Source: Microgenomates group bacterium
GTDB lineage: Bacteria; Patescibacteriota; Microgenomatia; UBA12405
NCBI GenBank assembly: GCA_049303675.1
Contig: JBAQNJ010000001.1
Coordinates: 278,994-342,993, forward strand
DNA: 64,000 nucleotides
Reading direction: 5' to 3'
This document shows, one piece after another, positions 1-9,984 of this stretch; within the stretch, counting starts at the first letter, position 1, and the number at the start of each line of letters is the position of its first letter. Below the pieces are notes generated by a model, which was not told the DNA's origin, ran no database searches, and saw only the letters and a list, made by a program, of their open reading frames with translations. The translations under genes and the position numbers were made by a program.

Positions 1-2013
1 TAATTTTGGTGATGGACAAATAATTGTGTTACCTACCCCCTCAATAAAATAATCATTTTTACCACAAATATTTTTTTTATATATTCCTGTTGGGGGTATC
101 AACCATGATTGATTTTCCTGTCCTTTCAACATTTCTCTCATCATATTATTCCAAATTGGCGTCGCTCCCGAAATTCCTGATGCCACCCAACTCATCGGAG
201 TATTATCATTATTGCCTACCCACGAGGCTACTAATATATTTGGTGTCCACCCGATACACCAATTATCCCGTAAATTATTGGTTGTCCCAGTTTTGACTGC
301 AATTGTATAGTTATCAATCTTAAGTTTTGAATTTAATCCAAATATCGGTGAACGTGCCTCATTATCACTTAGGGCACTATCAATTAAAAATGCCAGCTTA
401 GGGTCGACCGTATCCACCAACTCTGGTTTAATTGTAAATATTTCTTCACCCAAAAAATTTTCAATTTTTAATATTGGATTTATTTCAGTTTTTTTACCCA
501 TATTGGCAAATATGCTATATGCATTTGCCAACTCAATCATTTTTACCTCACCACTACCCAGAGCCAACGATAAACCATATCTACTTCTATCCTGCCAAGT
601 ACTTATTCCCATTTGTTGTGCCAAATCTATCATATTGTTTATCCCATTGGCCGCCAACAATTTTACTGAGGGAATATTCAATGACGACGCCAGTGCCGTT
701 CTCAATGTCACTTGCCCCATATATTTACCATTGTAGTTAACTGGTACATATTCTTTTTGCCCAGCAATTTTATAACTAACTTTTTGGTCATCAACCAGTG
801 ATAACAAACTCCAGCCATTTTTCAAAGCCAGCAGATAATTTATAGGTTTAATCGAAGACCCAGGTTGTCGTAGAGCAGTCGTCACATTATATTTTCCATC
901 TATTTCCGTAGAAAAATAATCTTTTGACCCCACCATAGCCAATACCTCCCCAGTATTAGGTTTTATCACCAATGCCGCCCCGTTAGAAATTCTCAATCTA
1001 TTTATATTTTTTAGTTCGTTAGCGACTATTTGTTCAGCTTTTTTTTGAACATTTATATCGAGACTTGTAGTTACTACCATTCCTCTTCTGGCAAAATTAT
1101 CATATCCAAATTTATTTTGTAAATATTCTTTTATGTAAAATACAAAATGAGGAGCCTCGATTTTTGGTTTGACAGTTACGATATTCAGACTTTGACTTCT
1201 TATTTCCGCAGCTTCATTTTCACTGATGAATCCAGCTACTCTCATCTCATTAATAACATGTTTTTGTCGCAAATACCCAAACCTTGGGTTATCTCCAGTT
1301 GGTGAATATGACGATGGTGCTGCTGGCAATCCTGCCAGATAAGCAGCCTCCGCTGTGTTTATATTCCACACATCTTTGCCAAAATATTTTTTTGATGCTT
1401 CTTCCACCCCATATGTTTCCCCGCCATATGCCACTTGGTTAAAATATTTCTCCAATATCTCCTCTTTCGACAATTTCCTCTCTACCATTAGGGCTAGGAT
1501 CATCTCTCGCATTTTTCTCGTCCATGTTTTTTCATTTGAAAAAAAGACACTTTTCACTAACTGTTGGGTTATTGTCGATCCTCCTCGTAGTCCATCACCA
1601 CTGTTTCTCTTTATAAAATTATAAATCACAGCAGTCATCACGCCTCTTAACGATATCCCCTGATGTGACAAGAACTCCTTATCTTCGATCGCCAATGTTG
1701 CTTGAATTAAGGATTTGGGTATTTTTTCATACTTTACCCATGTCCGATCTTCATCTTTATAGAATTTATAGAGCAGGACTCCATTTCTATCCAATATTTG
1801 TGAAGAAAGATTTGGCGGGTTATATATTTCATTTACATTCGGTAGGTTTCTCATTACATTAATATAAAACCACACCAAAATCCCCGTCATCCCCGTCAAC
1901 ATCAGGCCCACAAACAAATACGAAGATATGATTCTCCAAAATATTTTTAAAACATATAGTACTGGCCAGCCCAACGCGATTAATATTTTTTTAAGCCGGA
2001 AGATCAATCGCAT
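1..2013 (-). CDS. Penicillin-binding protein 1A family paralog (GT51 transglycosylase + transpeptidase), C-terminally truncated by window start
   Basis: Open minus-strand frame from ATG at 2013 to window edge (absent from ORF track because no in-window stop). My translation: MRLIFRLKKILIALGWPVLYVLKIFWRI...LAIEDKEFLSHQGISLRGVMTAVIYNF...RGGSTITQQLVKSVFFSNEKTW, the same GT51 motifs (EDxxF, RGGSTITQQ) as the neighbouring 727-aa PBP. Confidence 0.6.
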   Translation of the reverse strand, partial: MRLIFRLKKILIALGWPVLYVLKIFWRIISSYLFVGLMLTGMTGILVWFYINVMRNLPNVNEIYNPPNLSSQILDRNGVLLYKFYKDEDRTWVKYEKIPKSLIQATLAIEDKEFLSHQGISLRGVMTAVIYNFIKRNSGDGLRGGSTITQQLVKSVFFSNEKTWTRKMREMILALMVERKLSKEEILEKYFNQVAYGGETYGVEEASKKYFGKDVWNINTAEAAYLAGLPAAPSSYSPTGDNPRFGYLRQKHVINEMRVAGFISENEAAEIRSQSLNIVTVKPKIEAPHFVFYIKEYLQNKFGYDNFARRGMVVTTSLDINVQKKAEQIVANELKNINRLRISNGAALVIKPNTGEVLAMVGSKDYFSTEIDGKYNVTTALRQPGSSIKPINYLLALKNGWSLLSLVDDQKVSYKIAGQKEYVPVNYNGKYMGQVTLRTALASSLNIPSVKLLAANGINNMIDLAQQMGISTWQDRSRYGLSLALGSGEVKMIELANAYSIFANMGKKTEINPILKIENFLGEEIFTIKPELVDTVDPKLAFLIDSALSDNEARSPIFGLNSKLKIDNYTIAVKTGTTNNLRDNWCIGWTPNILVASWVGNNDNTPMSWVASGISGATPIWNNMMREMLKGQENQSWLIPPTGIYKKNICGKNDYFIEGVGNTIICPSPKL

Positions 2014-2017
2014 TATT

Positions 2018-4201
2018 TTAGTTTATTATTGTCGCTGGTAATTTTACAGGGTTTGTCGTCCCTTGTTCCAAGTTCACTGGACAGTCCAAACACACCCACA
2101 CACCGGTGGCGTCTTTAACAGACAGGTGGTCTTGCCATTCAATGTTCGGACTGGTATCCCCCTCTTTAAGAGTCCTATTAGTGTCTTTGTCAATCAAAAT
2201 ATTATTACGTATAGACAACCTCTCTGTTGGCATAAACTCCTTTTTGAAGTATTCATAGTGTGAATCACAGCCACCATCTGGCGGTAGTTGCCCAGTTAAG
2301 TTGCACACCGATATTTTCTGGACATCTGTTGGCATCACTTGTTTCCTGACTATTTTATCCTTCAGTAGATATGTCATGATCTTATTCCAAATTGGTGCCG
2401 CCCCCGTGGTGCCTGATACCAAATATCCCATTCGACTATTATTATTATTGCCTACCCAAACAGCAGTTACCACATCTGGTGTATAGCCAATCGTCCAGTT
2501 GTCTCTTAGATCATTAGTGGTTCCCGTTTTTACGGCCACCTCACTATGCCCCTTTATATTTAGAAGGGAGCCTCTGCCAAATACCATTCCCCTAGCTCCA
2601 TCATCACTCAATATGTCAGTGATAATAAAACTTGTCTCTCGTGATAGCACTCGTTTTCCCGGAGTTTCTGTATAAGTTTCTAGGACTTTTCCATGGCGAT
2701 CAGTTATGTTTAGAATAGTAGTTAGCTCCTGCCTTACCCCTCCACTTGCCAAAACTCCAAAGGCAGTATTCATCTCTGTCATCATCACTTCGCCTCCTCC
2801 CAGTGTTAAGGACAGTCCATATTTCGATGGATCAGCATAAGTACTAATTCCCATGGCCGATGCCGATGCTACAAAATTTACTAGACCCACCAACTTTAGC
2901 GTTTTTACAGCGGGGATATTCAGCGAATTTCCTAGAGAATTCCTCAAACTTTGGACTCCAGTATATCTTCCTCCATAGTTTGTTGGACAATATAGTTTTT
3001 GTCCCTCGACTCTAAAGCACGTCGGGTCATCATCAAAAACTGTTGCGGCTGTGACCACCCCCATTTCAATTCCGGTGGCATAATTTAGAGGCTTGATTGA
3101 TGATCCCGGCTGTCTTAGAGCAGTGGTGACATTAAAATTTCCTTCAATATCATTGGCAAAATAATCTTTTGAACCGACCATTGCCAGCACCTGTCCATTT
3201 TTCGGATCAGTAATTAGGGCAGCTCCGTTGCTAATTTTCTGTTTTACTAGTTTAGCTGTCTCTGAGGCAATCACTTCTTGGGCATATTGTTGGATATCTC
3301 TATCGAGGGTAGTGGTAATCCTCAGCCCTCCTTCGTTCACCATTTTTGCTCCATATTTTTCAATCAGTTGTTCTTTGACATAAAACACAAAATGAGGTGC
3401 TATTATTTTGTCTTTATTCACATAATAGTTCAAAGGTTCTCTTGCCGCCTTCTCTTTTTCCTCGCCACTAATATATCCCAGTTCCTGCATTCTGGTTAGC
3501 ACCATTAACTGCCTATTTTTTGCCGCTTCAGGGTAAGCAAAAGGAGAGTACCTTGTCGGCGAACCAGGTAGACCAGCCAATAATGCCATCTCTGCCAAGG
3601 TTAAGTCTTTGACCTCCTTGTTAAAGATCCCCTTGGCAGCTGCCTTCACCCCCCAGAGTGTTCCTCCGTATGGTGTTTGGTTAAAATACATCTCCAATAT
3701 CTGGTTCTTACTATATAGTATCTCAGTTACTACCGTCAAAATAGCCTCTTTTATTTTTCTGGTCCATGTCCTTTCTCGGGTCAACAGGGCGTTCTTGACT
3801 AATTGTTGGGTTAGGGTCGATCCTCCTTGAAGCCGTTTTTGAAAGACTGTCCTGTACAGACCTCTCATAATACCTTTTATATCAAAACCGCTGTGGCTAT
3901 AAAAATTAGCATCTTCTATCGCCATTGTTGCTTTTATCAAGTTAATCGGTATTTGGTCAAATCCAATAATATTTCTTTTTTTATCCGTATATATTTCATA
4001 AATTAGTTTTCCATTTCTGTCGTATATTTCCGAATTTTCAGGGTAAGTGTCAGAACTCAACTTTGTCGGATTGGGCATATCCCGCAGCACATAACCTAAT
4101 CCCAACACAATTATTAGCAATATACCCCCCGATACTATTAGTCCTTTATTCCTAATAGTTCCAGGTAAAACGAGTTTTTTCTTGATTTTTGTTCCAATCA
4201 T
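2018..4201 (-). CDS. Penicillin-binding protein 1A (bifunctional transglycosylase/transpeptidase)
   Basis: 727 aa; N-terminal TM; AIEDANFYSHSGFD, GGSTLTQQLVKN (GT51); later SxxK-type transpeptidase region (GSSIKP), KTGTT. Confidence 0.85.
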   Translation of the reverse strand: MIGTKIKKKLVLPGTIRNKGLIVSGGILLIIVLGLGYVLRDMPNPTKLSSDTYPENSEIYDRNGKLIYEIYTDKKRNIIGFDQIPINLIKATMAIEDANFYSHSGFDIKGIMRGLYRTVFQKRLQGGSTLTQQLVKNALLTRERTWTRKIKEAILTVVTEILYSKNQILEMYFNQTPYGGTLWGVKAAAKGIFNKEVKDLTLAEMALLAGLPGSPTRYSPFAYPEAAKNRQLMVLTRMQELGYISGEEKEKAAREPLNYYVNKDKIIAPHFVFYVKEQLIEKYGAKMVNEGGLRITTTLDRDIQQYAQEVIASETAKLVKQKISNGAALITDPKNGQVLAMVGSKDYFANDIEGNFNVTTALRQPGSSIKPLNYATGIEMGVVTAATVFDDDPTCFRVEGQKLYCPTNYGGRYTGVQSLRNSLGNSLNIPAVKTLKLVGLVNFVASASAMGISTYADPSKYGLSLTLGGGEVMMTEMNTAFGVLASGGVRQELTTILNITDRHGKVLETYTETPGKRVLSRETSFIITDILSDDGARGMVFGRGSLLNIKGHSEVAVKTGTTNDLRDNWTIGYTPDVVTAVWVGNNNNSRMGYLVSGTTGAAPIWNKIMTYLLKDKIVRKQVMPTDVQKISVCNLTGQLPPDGGCDSHYEYFKKEFMPTERLSIRNNILIDKDTNRTLKEGDTSPNIEWQDHLSVKDATGVWVCLDCPVNLEQGTTNPVKLPATIIN

Positions 4202-4781
4202 CTATTCGATTTATTAGTTTTGAATAATTTTCTTGGTCTAATTCATATTCACCCTTATTTCTAGTAAATATTTCGCCATAAGCAAACCCAGCCCACAATA
4301 TTTGCGTTCTAAATTGTCTTAATTGGGCATCAGTTACCTTCAGCTGCTTAATTAAACCGTCCGAATATTCTAGTTTATCCACAGCTTCATTTCCAGACTC
4401 AATTGCCAAATTTCGGTTACCATCTTTGGCCAATTTCTCAAACTCCACTGCTTTTTTGTCGGCGATTAGCAATGCCACCTTCACTTTTTCATTTCCCTGA
4501 CTAAAGGTAATCCACAAAAAATCTCTGACTCTTTTAAAACCATAAAGAATATTACTCGGTAACATCCCCGTTTGTGGTAACTTATATGTTCCTGCCAAAG
4601 TTTCCCCATCGTCGAAATTTTTTAGAAATTTAATTTCATCATTTTTTAGACCAGCATAAGCGCCATCCTCAGCCATTAAATTCAACCCCGCCCTTGTCAT
4701 AGACACAAACAGTATCACCACTCCTAGGCCAACTGCGATAACTCTTAACAATATCTTCATATGTCTATCCAATTTTATCAT
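4152..4781 (-). CDS. Hypothetical membrane-anchored protein
   Basis: 209 aa ORF with N-terminal hydrophobic segment; 50-nt overlap with PBP start. Confidence 0.4.
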   Translation of the reverse strand: MIKLDRHMKILLRVIAVGLGVVILFVSMTRAGLNLMAEDGAYAGLKNDEIKFLKNFDDGETLAGTYKLPQTGMLPSNILYGFKRVRDFLWITFSQGNEKVKVALLIADKKAVEFEKLAKDGNRNLAIESGNEAVDKLEYSDGLIKQLKVTDAQLRQFRTQILWAGFAYGEIFTRNKGEYELDQENYSKLINRIDDWNKNQEKTRFTWNY

Positions 4782-5541
4782 CTGGATGGAAAAAAGCCCT
4801 CTTTAGATCCACTTGTCCATTCTTAATTTTATTTTTCATGTACAATTTTTGCGGCCAGTAGACCAGCCAATTTATAAAGTTTAAAAATATTGTCTCATTT
4901 CTTTGTTTTGACTTTTTACTTTTTACTTTTGACTTTCGACTATATGGCGTCGCCACATATCTCCCAATCCACTTATTTTCCCTTATAAATTTCTTATATA
5001 TGCCACTTCTGTCTAGTACCGGTACCATCAATATTGAATCCATGGCATTTTTCAAGTTTTGCCTTTTTTGAGGTATTTCCAGCACGTCCTCTTCTAGCCA
5101 CAAATTAAAACAGAATTCATCACCCTTTTCGTTTTTGCCATACTTTCTATGGGGGATACCTCTTAATACCACAAATATTCTCAGCCACAATCTTGTCACC
5201 CATAGGCGGTTTTGTCTGGTGACAATCATCAAATCTATGTCGTCATCGACTTTTGGGTAGCCCGCCGCTACCGAGCCAGTTATGCCAACCAACAAAATAT
5301 TAGGGAAAAACTTTTCAATTAGTTTTACCACCTCCTTTGTTTTTACTATTTTATTATTCTTATTTTTAATTTTTAATTCGTAATTATTAATTCGTAATTT
5401 TTCCAATGCTCTATTTATGAGTTTTTCATTAAATACTGCCCCAGAAATCAAACGTTCCTTTATCACCCGTTTACTATATTCCACCCCATATTTTCTACCG
5501 TATTCTCTAGTTTTATTAATTGCCTCGTTTAATTGGTCCAC
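4765..5541 (-). CDS. Nucleotidyltransferase-domain protein (Pol-beta superfamily)
   Basis: LLVGITGSVAAGYPKVDDDIDLMIV = GS...DxD nucleotidyltransferase signature; contains Lys-rich segment encoded by heptamer repeat. Confidence 0.55.
   Translation of the reverse strand: MDQLNEAINKTREYGRKYGVEYSKRVIKERLISGAVFNEKLINRALEKLRINNYELKIKNKNNKIVKTKEVVKLIEKFFPNILLVGITGSVAAGYPKVDDDIDLMIVTRQNRLWVTRLWLRIFVVLRGIPHRKYGKNEKGDEFCFNLWLEEDVLEIPQKRQNLKNAMDSILMVPVLDRSGIYKKFIRENKWIGRYVATPYSRKSKVKSKKSKQRNETIFLNFINWLVYWPQKLYMKNKIKNGQVDLKRAFFHPDDKIG
4906..4940. repeat. Heptanucleotide tract (gacttttt/acttttt)
   Basis: ttttgactttttactttttacttttgactttcgac; on minus strand encodes KSKVKSKKSK in nucleotidyltransferase gene. 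Confidence 0.75.
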
Positions 5542-7080
5542 TCTCTATTCTACCTTGGTATAATAATAGTCGTATCTATGAATAAAAATGGCCGTTTATA
5601 CCGAATTCTTGAGATGGTTCCAGGAGTGTTTGCTTGGACAGCCATCACTTTCCCCATTTGGGGAGCCTTTATTTTTCCCAAGGTGGTTGCCTATTTTGTG
5701 ATTGCTTTTCTAATTTACTGGCTTTTTCAATCATTCAAATCAGCCATTTTTGCCATTATTGGTTATTTCAAAATTCATCGAGCTCAAAACACCTTGTGGT
5801 TTGAGCTATACAAACAACACCAAGATACCTCATGGTTGGAATATTCCAAAATTCACCATGTAATTATCATTTCCTCATACAAAGAACCTGTTGAAGTTAT
5901 CGACATGGCTGTAGGCAGTCTAGCTGCTCAAATTGATATCGACCTGCATCAGCTCCATGTGATTGTCGCCCAAGAGCAACGTGCCGGTATAGAAAATAAT
6001 CAGAGAACAATCAAATATTTTCAATCAAAATACAAAAACATTTTTGGCAACTTAATTTTTACCGAACATCCAGCAAATATCCATGGTGAAACTATTGGCA
6101 AACACAGCAACGAGGCCTACGCCGCCAAATATTTCAAAAAACACTATATCGATAATCACCAGTTTGATATTAATTTTCTAACACTCAGTTCTTGTGACGT
6201 TGATACTATTTTTAATCCCAAATATTTCTCTGCTCTTACTTATAACTTCGCCTCTTCCCCAAATCGTTATTTTAGATTCTGGCAGTCTCCCATCTTTTGG
6301 CATCACAATATTAATAGTGTCCCAGGACCAATTAGAATCATCGGAACTCTAGGCAATGTCATTCACATCGCCAATATTCAGGAGCCAGATGGTTTGTTTT
6401 TTAATTACTCCTGCTATTCATCGTCATATAAACTAATCGATTCAGCCGGTTACTGGGATGTCGACATGATACCTGAAGACTGGCATATTTTTCTCCAAAC
6501 ATTTTTTAGTAGCGGTGGTCGTAGCCAGGTTGAACCTATATTTCTCCCTACCATTGTCGACGCCCCCGATGGCAACAACTATCTTGACGCTCTCAAAAAT
6601 AGATACTCTCAATCCGTTCGTCACGCCTGGGGGGCTATTGATATACCCTATGCTATCCGCCAATCTGTGCTTCACCCCGAAATACCCTTTATCACCCGAG
6701 CCCTCCGTGTTTACAAGTTAGTCGAATCACATTTCATTTGGTCTAGTAATTGGTTCATCCTTACCCTAGGCACTTCACTTCCTGTTGTTCTCAACCCCAA
6801 ATTCTTCCAAACCACTATTGGTTTCAACCTACCTCGTATTTCCAATATCATTCTTACGCTCTGTCTTTTCCCGCTCATCTCCCTAATAATTCTCGACTGG
6901 AAACTCCGGCCAAAATATCAAAAAACTGGATTCAAAAATATCATGAACAATATCCTTCAATGGCCTTTTATGCCTTTGGCTACCTTGACCATGTCTGTCC
7001 TCCCCGGTCTCCATTCTCATACTCGACTCATGTTGGGCCAAAGGCTGGAATACAAGACTACCCAAAAAAAGGCAAAGTAA
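5533..7080 (+). CDS. Membrane glycosyltransferase, family 2-like
   Basis: 515 aa; N- and C-terminal TM clusters; central domain with SCDVDTIF (DxD-like) and FWQSPIFWHH (QxxRW-like) motifs. Confidence 0.5.
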   Translation: MVHSLFYLGIIIVVSMNKNGRLYRILEMVPGVFAWTAITFPIWGAFIFPKVVAYFVIAFLIYWLFQSFKSAIFAIIGYFKIHRAQNTLWFELYKQHQDTSWLEYSKIHHVIIISSYKEPVEVIDMAVGSLAAQIDIDLHQLHVIVAQEQRAGIENNQRTIKYFQSKYKNIFGNLIFTEHPANIHGETIGKHSNEAYAAKYFKKHYIDNHQFDINFLTLSSCDVDTIFNPKYFSALTYNFASSPNRYFRFWQSPIFWHHNINSVPGPIRIIGTLGNVIHIANIQEPDGLFFNYSCYSSSYKLIDSAGYWDVDMIPEDWHIFLQTFFSSGGRSQVEPIFLPTIVDAPDGNNYLDALKNRYSQSVRHAWGAIDIPYAIRQSVLHPEIPFITRALRVYKLVESHFIWSSNWFILTLGTSLPVVLNPKFFQTTIGFNLPRISNIILTLCLFPLISLIILDWKLRPKYQKTGFKNIMNNILQWPFMPLATLTMSVLPGLHSHTRLMLGQRLEYKTTQKKAK

Positions 7081-7093
7081 GCTAAAATATTTT

Positions 7094-8545
7094 ATGGTCA
7101 AGGTTTTTATACACAAGAACCGTTTTTTTATTATTCTATTTTTAATTTTTGTTTTATTACGTTTACCTTCTCTTTTTGAACCATATTGGTATGGCGATGA
7201 GGGGATTTATCTGGTACTAGGTCAAGCCATCCGTAGAGGTCTTGTTCTCTATACCCAAATTCACGATAACAAACCACCCACTCTCTATTACCTCGCTGCC
7301 CTTGCCCAGACAGTTTTTGGTTTTCGGCTTCTGTTGGCCCTATTCATGGCCGGAGCTTACTATTATTTTTATTTATTATCCAATAAATTATTGTCCTCAA
7401 AACTTTCTCAAGTTTCTTGTTTCTTGTTTCTTGTTTTAACTTCCATTCCCCTAATCGAAGGTAATATCGCCAATGCCGAGGTCTTTATGCTCCTCCCCAC
7501 TATTGCCGGTATATATTATTTTCTCTATTCCCATTCTAGTTTCAAATTTCTAGTTTCAGGCCTTTTACTTGGTTTCGCTTTCACCATCAAAATTCCAGTA
7601 GTAGTCGAATTTGGTTTTCTTGGTCTCTGGCTATTGATAAACAATAAAAATAATATCTACTCTACTCTAAAAAATTTATTCTTCTTCTCTCTTGGTTTCA
7701 TTTTTCCTTTTACCCTATACTTTATTTATTTTTATTTTAAGGGGGCTTTATCAGATTTTGTCTTCGCCTCAATTCTCCAAAATTTTGGCTATCTATCATC
7801 ATGGCAAACAGGCACTCACTCTGGCACGGCCACCAATAGTGGGTTGATAATCAGAGCCGTTACTCTGCTTGTTTTTTGGGGCACCACTTATTATCTGTAT
7901 TTAAAAAAATATCTCACCAAAAACACTTACCTTATTTTATTTTGGTTTTCTGCCACCATTTTTGGTGCACTTTTATCTGCCCGCCCATATCCTCACTATT
8001 TGATTCAGGTCACTCCGCCTCTCTGTCTGTTGATTCTCGCTATTTTTGATTCCAAGTTACATCCAAAAATTCGCTACTTTATTTTATTTTTGTGTTTTGT
8101 GTTTTGTGTTTTGATTTTTAGATTTAAATTCTATGCCTATCCCGTCTTTTCCTATTATAAAAACTATTATTCCCATCTCACCAGTCTAAGCTCACGCAGT
8201 TATCGAAATTATTTTGGATCCCGAGTTGACGATACCTACCAAATTTCCCAATACCTAAAAGACAATACCAGTCCTAACGACAAAATATTTGTTTGGGCCG
8301 ACGAACCCTATATTTATGCTCTCTCTTCTCGACTGCCAGTCGGCCGATTTACGGTTGCCTATCATATAGTCGACTTCAACCAGTACCTGCCCACATACAA
8401 CCAATTAATTGTTGATTTTCCCAAAGTAATTGTTACTTTTCCAATGAATAATCGACCCTATCCCGAACTCGAGAGATTACTAAAACTTTACTATCATCCC
8501 GATGCCAGCATCGGTGACTCAACCATATATTTTCGTACAGATTAA
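7094..8545 (+). CDS. GT-C fold glycosyltransferase, PMT_2/ArnT-like (dolichyl/undecaprenyl-phosphate-sugar dependent)
   Basis: 483 aa polytopic; first loop PYWYGDEGIY...HDNKPPTLYYL matches DE...KPPL signature of PMT_2/ArnT family; contains internal 7-mer (tttcttg x3) and 8-mer (tgtgtttt x3) nucleotide repeats. Confidence 0.55.
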   Translation: MVKVFIHKNRFFIILFLIFVLLRLPSLFEPYWYGDEGIYLVLGQAIRRGLVLYTQIHDNKPPTLYYLAALAQTVFGFRLLLALFMAGAYYYFYLLSNKLLSSKLSQVSCFLFLVLTSIPLIEGNIANAEVFMLLPTIAGIYYFLYSHSSFKFLVSGLLLGFAFTIKIPVVVEFGFLGLWLLINNKNNIYSTLKNLFFFSLGFIFPFTLYFIYFYFKGALSDFVFASILQNFGYLSSWQTGTHSGTATNSGLIIRAVTLLVFWGTTYYLYLKKYLTKNTYLILFWFSATIFGALLSARPYPHYLIQVTPPLCLLILAIFDSKLHPKIRYFILFLCFVFCVLIFRFKFYAYPVFSYYKNYYSHLTSLSSRSYRNYFGSRVDDTYQISQYLKDNTSPNDKIFVWADEPYIYALSSRLPVGRFTVAYHIVDFNQYLPTYNQLIVDFPKVIVTFPMNNRPYPELERLLKLYYHPDASIGDSTIYFRTD

Positions 8546-8547
8546 AC

Positions 8548-8928
8548 ATGTCCATTTTCCACCGAGCCTCGATTTACATCTCTAAAATAGGTCAATTCTG
8601 GCAGGAGGATATCAATGGTACTATCCTGCGCTGGAATCTAGCTATTATCATCCTCCAGCTTATTTTTATTTGGTATTGGTACACGGATCTCCCTCCCGAA
8701 ATACCATTATTTTATTCACGCCCCTGGGGGGCAGAACAGTTGGCCGGCAGTTCTAAAGTCTTTCTCCTGCCCATGTTTTCGTTTTCAACTGTGTTGTTAA
8801 ACAACCTTTTGGCCATCTTTTTCCTCCGTTACAATCTACTGCTATCCAGATTGCTCATAGTTGTGTCACTGCTGTTCTCAATATTTTCATTCGTTGCTGT
8901 TTTTCGGTCAATTAGTCTCATCATTTAA
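8548..8928 (+). CDS. Small polytopic membrane protein
   Basis: 126 aa, three hydrophobic segments, inside glycosyltransferase locus. Confidence 0.35.
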   Translation: MSIFHRASIYISKIGQFWQEDINGTILRWNLAIIILQLIFIWYWYTDLPPEIPLFYSRPWGAEQLAGSSKVFLLPMFSFSTVLLNNLLAIFFLRYNLLLSRLLIVVSLLFSIFSFVAVFRSISLII

Positions 8929-9984
8929 ATGATAAATACTTTTTATTTTTCATTACTTACCTCCTTTATTATTGTACTTATTCTGACACCTGTCATTCGA
9001 AACTATTTTATTTCCAAATCATTTATCGAAGACCCTTTGGAAAAACAGGCTAAAACCAACAATGCTACAGCTACCACCAAGTTACCTCGGGGAGGTGGAC
9101 TATCTATCTTTTTGGGGATTTTTTTATCACTTATTATCTTTCTTCCTCTCGACAAACATTTAATCGGCATTATCCTAGCACTTTGCCTCACTTTGTTAGT
9201 CGGTGTCTGGGACGATATCCACGATGTCAGTCCTAAAATCAGATTGTTTACCAATCTATTGGCAGCCGTAATTGTTGTTTCCTCTGGCGTTGGTATTGCC
9301 TATATTTCCAATCCATTTGGCGGAATAATTGACTTATCGTTTTTACAGTACACGTTCGATTTCTTTGGTACCCATAGTATCTGGATTCTCTCCGACATCC
9401 TCGCTATCATTTGGATAGTCTGGTGCATGAATATCACCGGCTGGTCTGGGGGAGTTGAAGGACAACTCCCAGGGTTTGTCGGTATCTCCGCCTTGTTTAT
9501 TGGTTTTGTCGGACTCAAGTATTCACAGGATATCTCCCAATGGCCGCTAATAATATTTTCTGCCATTGTCACCGGATCATATTTTGGATTTTTGCCCTAC
9601 AACTTTCATCCCCAATCAATCATGATTGGTTATAGTGGTAAAAGTATTGCTGGACTATCTCTGGCCATTCTGTCCATCCTCTCAGGGGCCAAACTAGCCA
9701 CTCTTTTTTTACTAATGGCCATTCCTATGTTGGATGCTATATTTGTAATTGTTCGCCGCTTTATTCAAAGGAAGTCCCTCGTCAGATCAGATGGTCAGCA
9801 TCTCCATCATCAATTACTCAAGTTGGGATGGAGTAGCCAAAAAATAGCTATTTTCTATTGGGCAGTTAGTTTATTTATGGGAATTATTACACTCTATCTC
9901 AATACCCAGCAAAAAATAATTGTTAGTCTTTTTATTTTAATTATCTTCTCTTTTTCACTGGCTACAATATCTCGGCGTATTTAG
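8929..9984 (+). CDS. Glycosyltransferase family 4 polyprenyl-phosphate sugar-1-phosphate transferase (WecA/MraY-like)
   Basis: 351 aa polytopic; VGVWDDIHDVSPKIRL (DD motif), many TM helices typical of MraY/WecA. Confidence 0.8.
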   Translation: MINTFYFSLLTSFIIVLILTPVIRNYFISKSFIEDPLEKQAKTNNATATTKLPRGGGLSIFLGIFLSLIIFLPLDKHLIGIILALCLTLLVGVWDDIHDVSPKIRLFTNLLAAVIVVSSGVGIAYISNPFGGIIDLSFLQYTFDFFGTHSIWILSDILAIIWIVWCMNITGWSGGVEGQLPGFVGISALFIGFVGLKYSQDISQWPLIIFSAIVTGSYFGFLPYNFHPQSIMIGYSGKSIAGLSLAILSILSGAKLATLFLLMAIPMLDAIFVIVRRFIQRKSLVRSDGQHLHHQLLKLGWSSQKIAIFYWAVSLFMGIITLYLNTQQKIIVSLFILIIFSFSLATISRRI

